DNA from: an uncultured Christensenellaceae bacterium
GTDB lineage: Bacteria; Bacillota; Clostridia; Christensenellales; MGBC116941
Assembly (NCBI GenBank): GCA_910585035.1
Contig: CAJUEF010000004.1
Location: 1,499 to 65,498 of the forward strand
Length of the DNA stretch: 64,000 nucleotides
Direction of reading: 5' to 3'
Shown: positions 39,329 through 48,080 of the stretch, in pieces
Layout: each line of letters opens with the position of its first letter
Position numbering within the stretch: the first letter of the stretch is position 1
Position numbers and translations under genes: made by a program
Notes under the pieces: model-generated
Told to the model about the DNA's origin: nothing
The model's input: only the letters and a program-made list of their open reading frames with translations
The model's database searches: none

Positions 39329-40747
39329 ATGTTGAATAAAGTGTTGAAAAGGGTCGGGGCGGCAGCTCTTGCGGCAGCATTTCTTTTTATGGCAGGCTGC
39401 TCGAACAATAAAAATAAAAACAATAGAGAATTTTTAAATGTAAACGGTGTTTCATTTACTGAGAGCGAGATGTATCACAATATTTATTATTCTGTAGGAA
39501 GTTCATTTTCAGGAATAATCGACTATAATGAAATAGCCGATATCAATGAAATTAAAGAAGCTGTTGATAATCTTGAGAAAGATGAAAAGTATTCTGATTT
39601 TGTGAAACAGCAAAAAATTGCTTTTGTGAAGCAAAAGGTAAGTGATGAAAAACTGCTTGCAATAGCAAAAGAAAATAACATTACCCTTACGGAAGATGAG
39701 CAGGCAGAGGTTGATCAGGAATACAATTCCATTGTAGATTTCTTTAATTCCGAAGAAACTTTAACGCAGATTAAGGAGCAATTTTATCAGTCTGCAAACA
39801 ATCCTGAGCAAAGCTCAAAAAGCTATTTGGAAAAATACAAAAAATTCTATTTAAACCTTTATGCCGTAAGCTCCATGGAACAATTAAAGGACAAGTTTAA
39901 TGCTTTGGCAATTGAAAATAAAGTTTTGGAGCAAAAGGCAAATCAGGTGCCTGATGATGAAGAACATATTAAAGCTTATTATGAACAAAAAAAGGAAACG
40001 CAAAAAGCTGATTATGAAAGGGATATAAGCAATTTTGATTACGATTATGATTATGGTGAGATAATCTGTCATTATCCTGCGGGACTTAGATATGTAAAAC
40101 ATATTCTTGTGAAGTTTACCGATGAGGACCAGGAAAATCTTTTACAGTATGAAACTAAAATAAGCGAGCTGGAAGCAAAAGAAAACAGGACAGATGAGGA
40201 AAATTCAGAACTTGAGGATACTAAAAACAAGGCGAACCAGCTATCCTCGGATATGGATAAAAAAGCAAAGACTAGGGCTGATGAAGCTTATGCCAAAATA
40301 ACCGGCGGCGCCGATTTTGACGCTGTGTTAAAAGAATACGGCGAGGATGCAAGCATGTCTGATGAATCCAGCCAGTATGCACAAAAAGGATACCTTATTA
40401 ACGAAAGCTCTAATATGGTTAAGGAATTTCTTACAGTTGCAATGGCGCTTAAAAATCCCGGCGATGTTAGCAAGCCTGTAAAAAGCACTTATGGCTATCA
40501 TATAATAAAATATGTGGAAAAAGGCAAAGAAGGCGATGTTCCTTATGAAGAAGTGAGAGACCAGCTGCTTACAATAGCAATGGATGAAAAGAGGCAGCAG
40601 GAAATAACAAATTATTATGATTCTCTTTATGATGAAATGCTTGCAAGCGGTCAGGTTAATATTAATTATGACGTTCTTGGTTTTGACAAAGAAACATATG
40701 ACAGGCTTTATCAGGAGCTTAAAAACGCTGCCACAACAGAGTCTTAA
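39329..40747 (+). CDS. PrsA/SurA-like peptidylprolyl isomerase lipoprotein (parvulin type)
   Basis: Lipobox FMAGCS. Parvulin core VKHILV... and STYGYHIIKY. Confidence 0.8.
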   Translation: MLNKVLKRVGAAALAAAFLFMAGCSNNKNKNNREFLNVNGVSFTESEMYHNIYYSVGSSFSGIIDYNEIADINEIKEAVDNLEKDEKYSDFVKQQKIAFVKQKVSDEKLLAIAKENNITLTEDEQAEVDQEYNSIVDFFNSEETLTQIKEQFYQSANNPEQSSKSYLEKYKKFYLNLYAVSSMEQLKDKFNALAIENKVLEQKANQVPDDEEHIKAYYEQKKETQKADYERDISNFDYDYDYGEIICHYPAGLRYVKHILVKFTDEDQENLLQYETKISELEAKENRTDEENSELEDTKNKANQLSSDMDKKAKTRADEAYAKITGGADFDAVLKEYGEDASMSDESSQYAQKGYLINESSNMVKEFLTVAMALKNPGDVSKPVKSTYGYHIIKYVEKGKEGDVPYEEVRDQLLTIAMDEKRQQEITNYYDSLYDEMLASGQVNINYDVLGFDKETYDRLYQELKNAATTES

Positions 40748-40770
40748 ATAGATAAAGGGGAGTTTACTGA

Positions 40771-42087
40771 ATGAATTTTAAAAAAATTGCAGCAGGTATA
40801 ATGATTTGTCTTATGAGCAGCGCTCTTTTTGGATGCGAGCTTGTAAGCGTTAATAAACAAAGGGATAATGAACAAGTGGTTATTACCGTTGGTGAGACCA
40901 ATTACACCAAGGAAGTTATAAGCGGCATGACAGAGAGCGTGCTGTCTATGTATGGCATTAAAGATGCAAAAGCCAGCACTTATGATGAATACCGAATGGA
41001 AATGGCAAAAAGCTTTGCAGAGCAAAAGGCCTTTAATTATTATGCAATACAAAACGGGTATAAGGACAGGCTTACTGAAGAGGATAACAAAGAAATCGAT
41101 GAAGCTTTTGAAGAGGCAAAAAAATATTATAACGAGGATATATATAACGAAGTAAAAAAGGAACAGGGCTATACAGATGAAGAGGGAGCTCCTGAATTTG
41201 ATGAGGGTGCAAAGTCTAAGGTTGAAAGGGAGACAGCAAATAAACAAAAGGATTATTTAATGACCCTTGGAGTCAGTAATTTAGACGATTATAAAAATGT
41301 TCTTATTGATAATAAAGCAGGGGAGCTTTATTCTGACAGCCTTAAGAATTCCGTAAATATTTCTGATGAAGAGGTCAAAAATCATTATGACAGTATGGTA
41401 AATAAGCAAAAGTCGTCTTACGAGAGCAATTCTGCTTCATATGTTGACGATACTGAAGAAGGCAGCTCTGCAACTGTTGTTTACGTTCCTTCAGGATTTA
41501 GAAGAGTTAAACATATTTTAATTAAAATAGACGAAGAAGCTTCATCTAAAATAAAGGCTCTTGAAAGCGAAATTAATGCTTTAGAGGATGGAGAAGAAAA
41601 GACAAATAAGCAAAGCGAACTGGATATTTTAAAAAAGGATGCTTACGGTAAAATTCAACAAAAGGCAAATGAAGCTTTAAACCAGGCAAAAAGCGGGGAG
41701 GATTTTGACCAGCTTATTTCAAAATACGGTGAAGATGAAGGTGCGAAAACAAATACGGAGGGGTACCTTATGCATGCAAGTGTGACGGATAAATATGTGG
41801 AAAATTTCCAAACAGCAGGTATGGCGCTTGAAAAGGTTGGAGATATAAGCGAACTGGTTGAGACGGAATACGGATACCATATAATGCTTTATGCAAGCGA
41901 TGTTCAAGGCGGTCAAATAGCTTTTGATAAAGTTAAAGATAAGGTAAAGGAAGAAGCGCTGGAAGAGAAAAGAACAAAGGCGGTAAGCGATAAAACAACG
42001 GAAATCCTTGATAACTATAAAGCAGACGGCACGGTTAAATTATATCTTGACAGATTAAAAACCGCTTCTGTGCCAGGCAAGAATTAA
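40771..42087 (+). CDS. PrsA/SurA-like peptidylprolyl isomerase lipoprotein (parvulin type), tandem paralog
   Basis: Lipobox LFGCE. Parvulin core VKHILIKID... and TEYGYHIMLY. Confidence 0.8.
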   Translation: MNFKKIAAGIMICLMSSALFGCELVSVNKQRDNEQVVITVGETNYTKEVISGMTESVLSMYGIKDAKASTYDEYRMEMAKSFAEQKAFNYYAIQNGYKDRLTEEDNKEIDEAFEEAKKYYNEDIYNEVKKEQGYTDEEGAPEFDEGAKSKVERETANKQKDYLMTLGVSNLDDYKNVLIDNKAGELYSDSLKNSVNISDEEVKNHYDSMVNKQKSSYESNSASYVDDTEEGSSATVVYVPSGFRRVKHILIKIDEEASSKIKALESEINALEDGEEKTNKQSELDILKKDAYGKIQQKANEALNQAKSGEDFDQLISKYGEDEGAKTNTEGYLMHASVTDKYVENFQTAGMALEKVGDISELVETEYGYHIMLYASDVQGGQIAFDKVKDKVKEEALEEKRTKAVSDKTTEILDNYKADGTVKLYLDRLKTASVPGKN

Positions 42088-42103
42088 AAAGAAAATATTT
42101 TTT

Positions 42104-42128
42104 GGAGACCTTTTAGGTCTCCTTTTTT
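42104..42128 (+). terminator. intrinsic terminator after the second PPIase gene
   Basis: ggagacc (42104-42110) / ggtctcc (42116-42122) followed by a T6 run. Confidence 0.8.
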
Positions 42129-42266
42129 ATAACATAATTAAACTTTGCGTCAGCAAAGAATAGCGATAGCTATTTAAACCGTCAGGTTTTAATTATAAGT
42201 TTCAATGTTCTCCATAACTTTCAAAATCTATGATTTTGTAAAAGTTATGTGAGGTTATTATAACAT
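42127..42266 (+). repeat. family B dispersed element, full-length copy (B2)
   Basis: About 140 bp bounded by a direct repeat ttataacata (42127 and 42255). It contains hairpins ctttgc-gtca-gcaaag and aatagc-gata-gctatt, the motif ccgtcagg, the nested hairpin cataacttt[caaaatc-tat-gattttg]aaagttatg, and the terminal gtgaggttattataac. Confidence 0.75.
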
Positions 42267-42398
42267 ACAATTCAGTTATTTTTTTAAACTGGTTTTATTT
42301 TACAGTGAGTTTTGATATAATGAAGGCGTGGCGGCAACAGGCTTGCCGGCAGAAAAGCGCCATTAAAGTATTGGCGCTCTCAAAGGAGGAAATGTTGT

Positions 42399-44474
42399 AT
42401 GAAAGCTTATGAGTCTGACAAAATCCGTAACGTGGCATTATTAGGGCATGGAGGTCAGGGAAAAACCACCCTTGCCGAAGCTATGCTTTTTAACGCCAAG
42501 GTTATAGACAGAATGGGAAAGGTTCAGGATGGAACCACTGTTAGTGACTATGACCCTGAAGAGATTAACAGGCATATTTCCATTGGGCTGTCATTATTGC
42601 CTTTTGAATATAACGAACACAAAATTAACATGCTTGATACTCCGGGATTTTTTGATTTCGCAGGACAGATGCGTGAAGGTATTTCGGCGGCAGACAGCGC
42701 GGTTATAGTTATAAGTGCAGTTTCCGGCGTGGACGTGGGAACAAAAAAGGCTTTTGAGCTTTGTAACCGTAACGGTGTTGCTAAAATGGTGTTTATAAAT
42801 TCCTGTGACAGGGAAAACGCAAACTATAAAGATGTTGTTTTAGCTCTTCAGCAGCAATACGGTAATTTTGTAACAGCAATTCAGCTGCCTATTATGCGGG
42901 ATAAAGACTTTGCAGGATTTGTTGATTTGGTTGCAAATAAAGCTTATGAATTTGATAAAGATATTGGACTTAAAGAAATTCCAATTCCTTCGGATATGGT
43001 AAATGAGTGTTCTGTATACCGGGAAAAGATAATTGACGTTGCCGCTGAGAGCGACGATAATCTTATGGAAAAATATTTTGACGGTCAGGAGCTAACTCTT
43101 GAAGAGATAATAGCAGGTCTTAGGATAGGCTATTGCAGCGGAAGAATATGCCCTGTTTCCTGCGGTTCAGCCGTAGAAAATAAAGCGGTTATTAAGCTGA
43201 TGGAAAATATTATTTTCTATTCGCCGTCACCTCTTGACAGGGGAGACAGAATGTTTGTTATGGGAGACGAACCTGTAAACGTAAAGTGTGATTCAAACGG
43301 ACCTCTTGCACTGCGGGTGTTTAAATCCATTGCAGATCCGTTTATTGGTAAGCTATCCTTTGTGAAAGTAAAGAGCGGCACACTTAAAAATGGTATGTCA
43401 ATTATAAATACCAGAACTGAAAAAAGTGAAAAGCTCAGTAATATTTCCACCATAAGAGGCAAAAAGACTATTCCTGTAGATGCTCTTTGCGCCGGAGATC
43501 TTGGGGTTATTGCAAAGCTTGCGGGAACAAAGACAGGTGATATGCTTTGCGATGCTTCCATGCCTTTAAAACAGGCAGGCATAGATATGCCTCATCCTTG
43601 TATTGATATGGCTGTTTATGCTGTAAAACAGGGAGATGAGGAAAAGATAGCTTCCGGTCTTGCCAAGCTGGCAGAAGAGGATTTAACCCTTTCTATTAAC
43701 AAGAATATCGAAACTAATGAAACAATACTTACGGGTATAGGCGAAGTGCAGCTTGAAGTGGCAATTAAAAAGCTTAAAGATAAATACAATGTTGAAGCGG
43801 AGCTGAGGGCGCCGCAAATTGCATATAGAGAGACGATACGAAAGAGTGCATCCGCTGAAGGAAAGTATAAAAAACAGTCAGGCGGCCATGGACAATACGG
43901 TCACTGTATTATTGAATTTGAGCCAAATGAAGGAAAGGGCTTTGAGTTTGTGGATGAAATTGTAGGCGGAGTTGTGCCTAAACAATTTATTCCGGCGGTT
44001 GAAAAAGGGCTTAAGGAATGTATGAACAGTGGAGTTTTGGCAGGCTACCCTGTTGTTGACGTTAAATGCACATTAAAGGACGGTTCTTACCACAGCGTTG
44101 ATTCATCTGAAATGGCGTTTAAATCTGCTGCAAGGCTGGCCTTTAAAAAGGCTTGTGAAACAGCAAATCCTGTGCTTTTAGAGCCGATTTATAAGTTTGA
44201 GATATTTGTTCCAAATGAATACATGGGAGACGTTATGGGTGAGCTTAATAAGCGCAGAGGACGTATTCTTGGCATGAATCCTTACGAGGATATACAAAAG
44301 CTCGAAGCAGAAGTTCCTCTTTACGAGATGTTTAAATATGCTACAGATCTGCGCTCTATGACTCAGGGACAAGGATATTTTAAAATGTGGTTTGAAAGAT
44401 ATGAGCAATGCCCGGCAAACGTTGCTGAAAATATTATTGCGAAAAGCAGTAAAAAGGGAGATTCAGAAGAATAA
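42399..44474 (+). CDS. elongation factor G family GTPase (EF-G paralog, not in the str operon context)
   Basis: G1 GHGGQGKTT, G3 DTPGFFDF, and domains II-V, 691 aa. It stands alone rather than following rpsL-rpsG. Confidence 0.85.
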   Translation: MKAYESDKIRNVALLGHGGQGKTTLAEAMLFNAKVIDRMGKVQDGTTVSDYDPEEINRHISIGLSLLPFEYNEHKINMLDTPGFFDFAGQMREGISAADSAVIVISAVSGVDVGTKKAFELCNRNGVAKMVFINSCDRENANYKDVVLALQQQYGNFVTAIQLPIMRDKDFAGFVDLVANKAYEFDKDIGLKEIPIPSDMVNECSVYREKIIDVAAESDDNLMEKYFDGQELTLEEIIAGLRIGYCSGRICPVSCGSAVENKAVIKLMENIIFYSPSPLDRGDRMFVMGDEPVNVKCDSNGPLALRVFKSIADPFIGKLSFVKVKSGTLKNGMSIINTRTEKSEKLSNISTIRGKKTIPVDALCAGDLGVIAKLAGTKTGDMLCDASMPLKQAGIDMPHPCIDMAVYAVKQGDEEKIASGLAKLAEEDLTLSINKNIETNETILTGIGEVQLEVAIKKLKDKYNVEAELRAPQIAYRETIRKSASAEGKYKKQSGGHGQYGHCIIEFEPNEGKGFEFVDEIVGGVVPKQFIPAVEKGLKECMNSGVLAGYPVVDVKCTLKDGSYHSVDSSEMAFKSAARLAFKKACETANPVLLEPIYKFEIFVPNEYMGDVMGELNKRRGRILGMNPYEDIQKLEAEVPLYEMFKYATDLRSMTQGQGYFKMWFERYEQCPANVAENIIAKSSKKGDSEE

Positions 44475-44537
44475 TTATAAGTAAAAGCAGTGGGCGTAAA
44501 TGCGTCTCTTGCTTTGCAAAGGAAGGGTAAACAAATT

Positions 44538-45173
44538 ATGAAATACATAATCGAAGAATATAAAAAAGAATGGCTGTTTTTTAAAAAGGAAATGAAAGTT
44601 ATCTTTTTGATAATGCTTGTTGGGCTTATCTTACTTATGGTAGGGTCACACTTTCTTTTGTCTGCGCTTATTAAATCGCAACCGGGCTTAATTAACAGTA
44701 TTGCAGCTACTATACAAGAGGCATTAAGCGGTGTGGATCTGGCAAATGATTCCCCGTTTACATCTGTTATAAAGCTGTTTTTTAATAATGCAAGGGTGTG
44801 TCTTATATCCATAAGCCTTGGAATAGTTCCTTTTTTATTTCTTCCAATTTTTACATATTTCATAAATGGCGCAATTGTTGGAGCGGTAACTGCTTTTAGT
44901 TCGGCGGTTGCAAATTTTGGCCTTTCTTTCTTTATGGCTTCCTTGCTTCCCCATGGAATATTTGAGTTTCCGGCAATAGTTTATGCATGCGCTCTTGGCA
45001 TATATTTGTGCAAAGAGAATACTAAAATTGTACTGAAAAAAAGTGATAAACGCTTTATTAATGTTGCCATTGATACTCTTAGAAGTTATGTGATTGTAAT
45101 ATTACCTTTGCTGGTTTTTGCTGCAATAATAGAAGGAACTATTACTATTAATATAGCAATGAAATTTATTTAA
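44538..45173 (+). CDS. spoIIM: stage II sporulation protein M
   Basis: FFNNARVCLISISLGIVPF...INGAIVGAV...LPHGIFEFPAIVYACALG is the SpoIIM/DUF95 pattern. ATG 44538 is preferred over the upstream GTG at 44490. Confidence 0.8.
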   Translation: MKYIIEEYKKEWLFFKKEMKVIFLIMLVGLILLMVGSHFLLSALIKSQPGLINSIAATIQEALSGVDLANDSPFTSVIKLFFNNARVCLISISLGIVPFLFLPIFTYFINGAIVGAVTAFSSAVANFGLSFFMASLLPHGIFEFPAIVYACALGIYLCKENTKIVLKKSDKRFINVAIDTLRSYVIVILPLLVFAAIIEGTITINIAMKFI

Positions 45174-45190
45174 CCGGATATAACAAATAA

Positions 45191-45219
45191 AAAAACCTCA
45201 CATATGTGGGGTTTTTTTT
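45191..45219. terminator. bidirectional intrinsic terminator (spoIIM + / fur-family gene -)
   Basis: An A run, then the cctcacatatgtgggg palindrome (45196-45211), then a T8 run. Confidence 0.8.
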
Positions 45220-45257
45220 ATTTAAAATTATTAATATTTTTAATTTCAACACAGATA

Positions 45258-45656
45258 TTAATTTAAAATTTCATCATTTTTATAGCACTCAGAACAAATG
45301 CCTTCAAATAATGCCCGGTGTCTTTTAATGTGAAAGCCGGTATCCTTTGTTATTTGGTCGTCGTATTCGGGATTGTAGCTTAAAGGAGCGTCAAAAACCT
45401 TTTTACAGTTAGAACAAACCATATGATAATGAAAGTCCAAGCGGGAATCATAGCGTTCCGCGGGAGAAAGCTTTACATTTGCAATTTGACCACTACTATA
45501 AAGGGCTCCAAGATTGCGGTATACTGTTCCTCTGCTAATTTTGTTATCTACTTTACGCACATCTAAATAAATCTGGTCAGCAGTTGGATGGTCGCATCTT
45601 GCCATTACAGCATCAAAAATTAACTGGCGTTGTTTTGAATTACGTTGATTTTTCAT
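45258..45656 (-). CDS. Fur-family metalloregulator (Fur/PerR/Zur type not resolved)
   Basis: N-terminal winged helix (SKQRQLIFDAV...HPTADQIY...ISRGTVYRNL) and two CxxC pairs (CSNCKK, CSECY). Confidence 0.85.
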   Translation of the reverse strand: MKNQRNSKQRQLIFDAVMARCDHPTADQIYLDVRKVDNKISRGTVYRNLGALYSSGQIANVKLSPAERYDSRLDFHYHMVCSNCKKVFDAPLSYNPEYDDQITKDTGFHIKRHRALFEGICSECYKNDEILN

Positions 45657-45910
45657 TATGCCCCCTTTTAATATTAGGACTTTGTATTATTGTAAATATA
45701 TTTTTTATTACTGTCAAGAATAAATCATGCAGAAAATATTTAACTGTAAAGTTTATGAGTAAATATTATCCTATATCTTTAGCTTAAATTTATTGCAGAA
45801 TTATCTAGGATTTTGGAAAATATTTCCACTGATGCAAGATATAAAATCTTAAAAGAAATTAAGTATTTTTAAGGTTTTAATATCTTTTCCATAAATGTTC
45901 CAAATAAATT

Positions 45911-45955
45911 TTAGTACATATATTTACTAAAGTCAATAGTAAATATATGTACTAA
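45911..45955. promoter_or_regulatory. perfect 19-bp inverted repeat (operator-like) upstream of a small XRE regulator
   Basis: ttagtacatatatttacta (45911-45929), a 7-nt spacer aagtcaa, then tagtaaatatatgtactaa (45937-45955). The repeat ends 50 nt upstream of ATG 46006. Confidence 0.55.
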
Positions 45956-46005
45956 TAACGGCGCAGAATATGCGTATCGTGTTATTTTATTTGAGGAGCT
46001 TTTTT

Positions 46006-46209
46006 ATGGAAATATACGTGCGTAGAATTCGTGAGTTGCGCGAAGATAATGATTTTACACAAACCCAAATAGCAAAATATCTTGGAACTTCACAAACTAT
46101 GTATGCCAGATATGAAAGGGGAGCTAACGAGCTTCCTGTTCGCCATTTAATAGCCCTTTGTAAACTTTATCATGTGTCTGCTGATTATATTTTAGGATTA
46201 AAAAGTTAA
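46006..46209 (+). CDS. XRE-family HTH transcriptional regulator (67 aa)
   Basis: IRELREDNDFTQTQIAKYLGTSQTMYARYERG is an HTH_XRE motif. ATG 46006 lies 7 nt after GAGGAG. Confidence 0.85.
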   Translation: MEIYVRRIRELREDNDFTQTQIAKYLGTSQTMYARYERGANELPVRHLIALCKLYHVSADYILGLKS

Positions 46210-46231
46210 TCTGTTCCGGTAAAATTTGCTT

Positions 46232-46999
46232 TTATGAATAAAGAGCCGCTTTAAGCAGAGGCAATTTGTTTTCATCGGAAGAATATATGTCTATTTGTTG
46301 AATATTATCATCGCTATTTAGCATGCCTTTTTCACAAAGTATATTTTTTAAGTGCCGGGACGTTCCTATGCTGCCGTCAACTATGATCACGTTTTTACCA
46401 AAGTTATTTAAAACCTTATTAATGGAATTTTGGGCAAAAGCGTAATGAGTGCAGCCAAGCACACATGAATCTATGGGAATATCTTTAATTGCAGACAGTT
46501 TATTTGTTAGGTATTCTTCCATAACAGGCCCCTCCCAAACGCCTTTTTCAATTAGCGCAGCAAGCCCCTCACAGGGCATTTCTATAACGTCTTTTTCTGC
46601 GTTAAGATTGCAAACCAAATTTATGTATTTATCCTGACGGAGAGTTGCGGGAGTTGCCATTACAAGAATCTTTCCGCCGTGAGCATTTTTCATGCCGACT
46701 TTTACCGCAGGCTCCATTGATACAAATGGAATTGTATACATACTTCTAAGCCGTTTAACGGATACGCCTGTGGCTGTGTTGCAAGCTATAACTATTGCCT
46801 TTACATTTCGCTGCACAAGAAAATCCACACAGGCTTTTGACAAATCAAATATTTCACTTTTGCTTTTAATTCCATATGGAGCGTGTTTATTATCCCCGTA
46901 ATATATAAAATTTTCATGGCAGAGAATGTTTTTGGCAACCTTTAAAACCGCTATACCTCCCATGCCCGAATCAAATATTCCTATTGGTCTTTTATCCAT
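46232..46999 (-). CDS. murI: glutamate racemase
   Basis: IGIFDSGMGG, catalytic ACNTA and GCTHY. Confidence 0.92.
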   Translation of the reverse strand: MDKRPIGIFDSGMGGIAVLKVAKNILCHENFIYYGDNKHAPYGIKSKSEIFDLSKACVDFLVQRNVKAIVIACNTATGVSVKRLRSMYTIPFVSMEPAVKVGMKNAHGGKILVMATPATLRQDKYINLVCNLNAEKDVIEMPCEGLAALIEKGVWEGPVMEEYLTNKLSAIKDIPIDSCVLGCTHYAFAQNSINKVLNNFGKNVIIVDGSIGTSRHLKNILCEKGMLNSDDNIQQIDIYSSDENKLPLLKAALYS

Positions 47000-47049
47000 T
47001 TAAAGCTTCCTTTACAAGATAGTCGATTTTTATATTTTAGCAAAAAAAA

Positions 47050-47970
47050 CTATTTTTGTATAGTGGATGCAACAGCGCTTGCAAGGTATGGAACGCTTCT
47101 TAAAACCTCGTCCATATTATTGCCGGTATATCCCATTTCAATGAGTATTGCGCGTTTGGATATATGCTGGTTATATCTGCTTTTATTTACACGCACGTTT
47201 TTTGCAAGTCCTTTTACTTGGGAATTTATGTTATCTGTTATTTTTTTTGCATATGCGTAGTTAGATTTATAATCGGGTCTTGGGAGGATTGGTGTGCCGT
47301 TATTGCCTTCTCCGGTGCCTACAACCACCATAATTTTTGCAACGGGATTTCCGTCTACAGTGACTGTTTGCCCCTCCATATAATCAAAGGCATCCCTGTG
47401 AATGTCAATATATATATCATACTCTCCGTCGTTTTTTATACGTTTCTCCAACATGGAAAGGGAGCGGGTGTAGGCAGTGCCGAGCTTTGGGGGTTCAAAA
47501 TTTGTTGTGTCGTGAACAACAGAGACACCGTGATTATTTTGAAGGCTATCAGCCAGCTCTTTGCCTACCTTTGCCACGCTTTTATCCTGTTGGTTTGTTC
47601 TATAGCTGCCGCTTTCTTCGTATTTGTAAGTGTCGGTTTGTGCATATGCTTCTGTTATATGGGTGTGGTATATAAGTATTTTTGCATTGCCCTTTGGTAT
47701 TGCAGGAGTTATGTAGCTGTTGTCTATTTCCAGTTTTATCTCTGTGTCCGTGTCCTCATCTTCCTCATATATTTTTGAAAACACGTTTTTGCTTTCACCG
47801 CTTAAATCTAAAATGGGAATTTGATTTTTCATTAGCAAGTTTGGGTCTGTTAGCTTGCTTACAGCTATGGAAGTCACACTTTCCTTAAATTTTCCGCCGC
47901 CTCTTACGGCAAGGCTCATAAGAACTACCATGCCTACAAGTAATACGGATACCCATGCTTCTTTTTTCAT
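47050..47970 (-). CDS. spoIIP: stage II sporulation protein P
   Basis: N-terminal TM anchor, ILIYHTHITEAY and IDIHRDA, as in the SpoIIP amidase-like family. Confidence 0.85.
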   Translation of the reverse strand: MKKEAWVSVLLVGMVVLMSLAVRGGGKFKESVTSIAVSKLTDPNLLMKNQIPILDLSGESKNVFSKIYEEDEDTDTEIKLEIDNSYITPAIPKGNAKILIYHTHITEAYAQTDTYKYEESGSYRTNQQDKSVAKVGKELADSLQNNHGVSVVHDTTNFEPPKLGTAYTRSLSMLEKRIKNDGEYDIYIDIHRDAFDYMEGQTVTVDGNPVAKIMVVVGTGEGNNGTPILPRPDYKSNYAYAKKITDNINSQVKGLAKNVRVNKSRYNQHISKRAILIEMGYTGNNMDEVLRSVPYLASAVASTIQK

Positions 47971-48080
47971 AGTGAATACACCTCTTAATAAATTGTACTA
48001 AGGACAAGTTGTTATTATGAACACTAAACAAAAAACCACATAAAATGATAGTGTAGAAAAACATATAAAGGAGAGTTATC

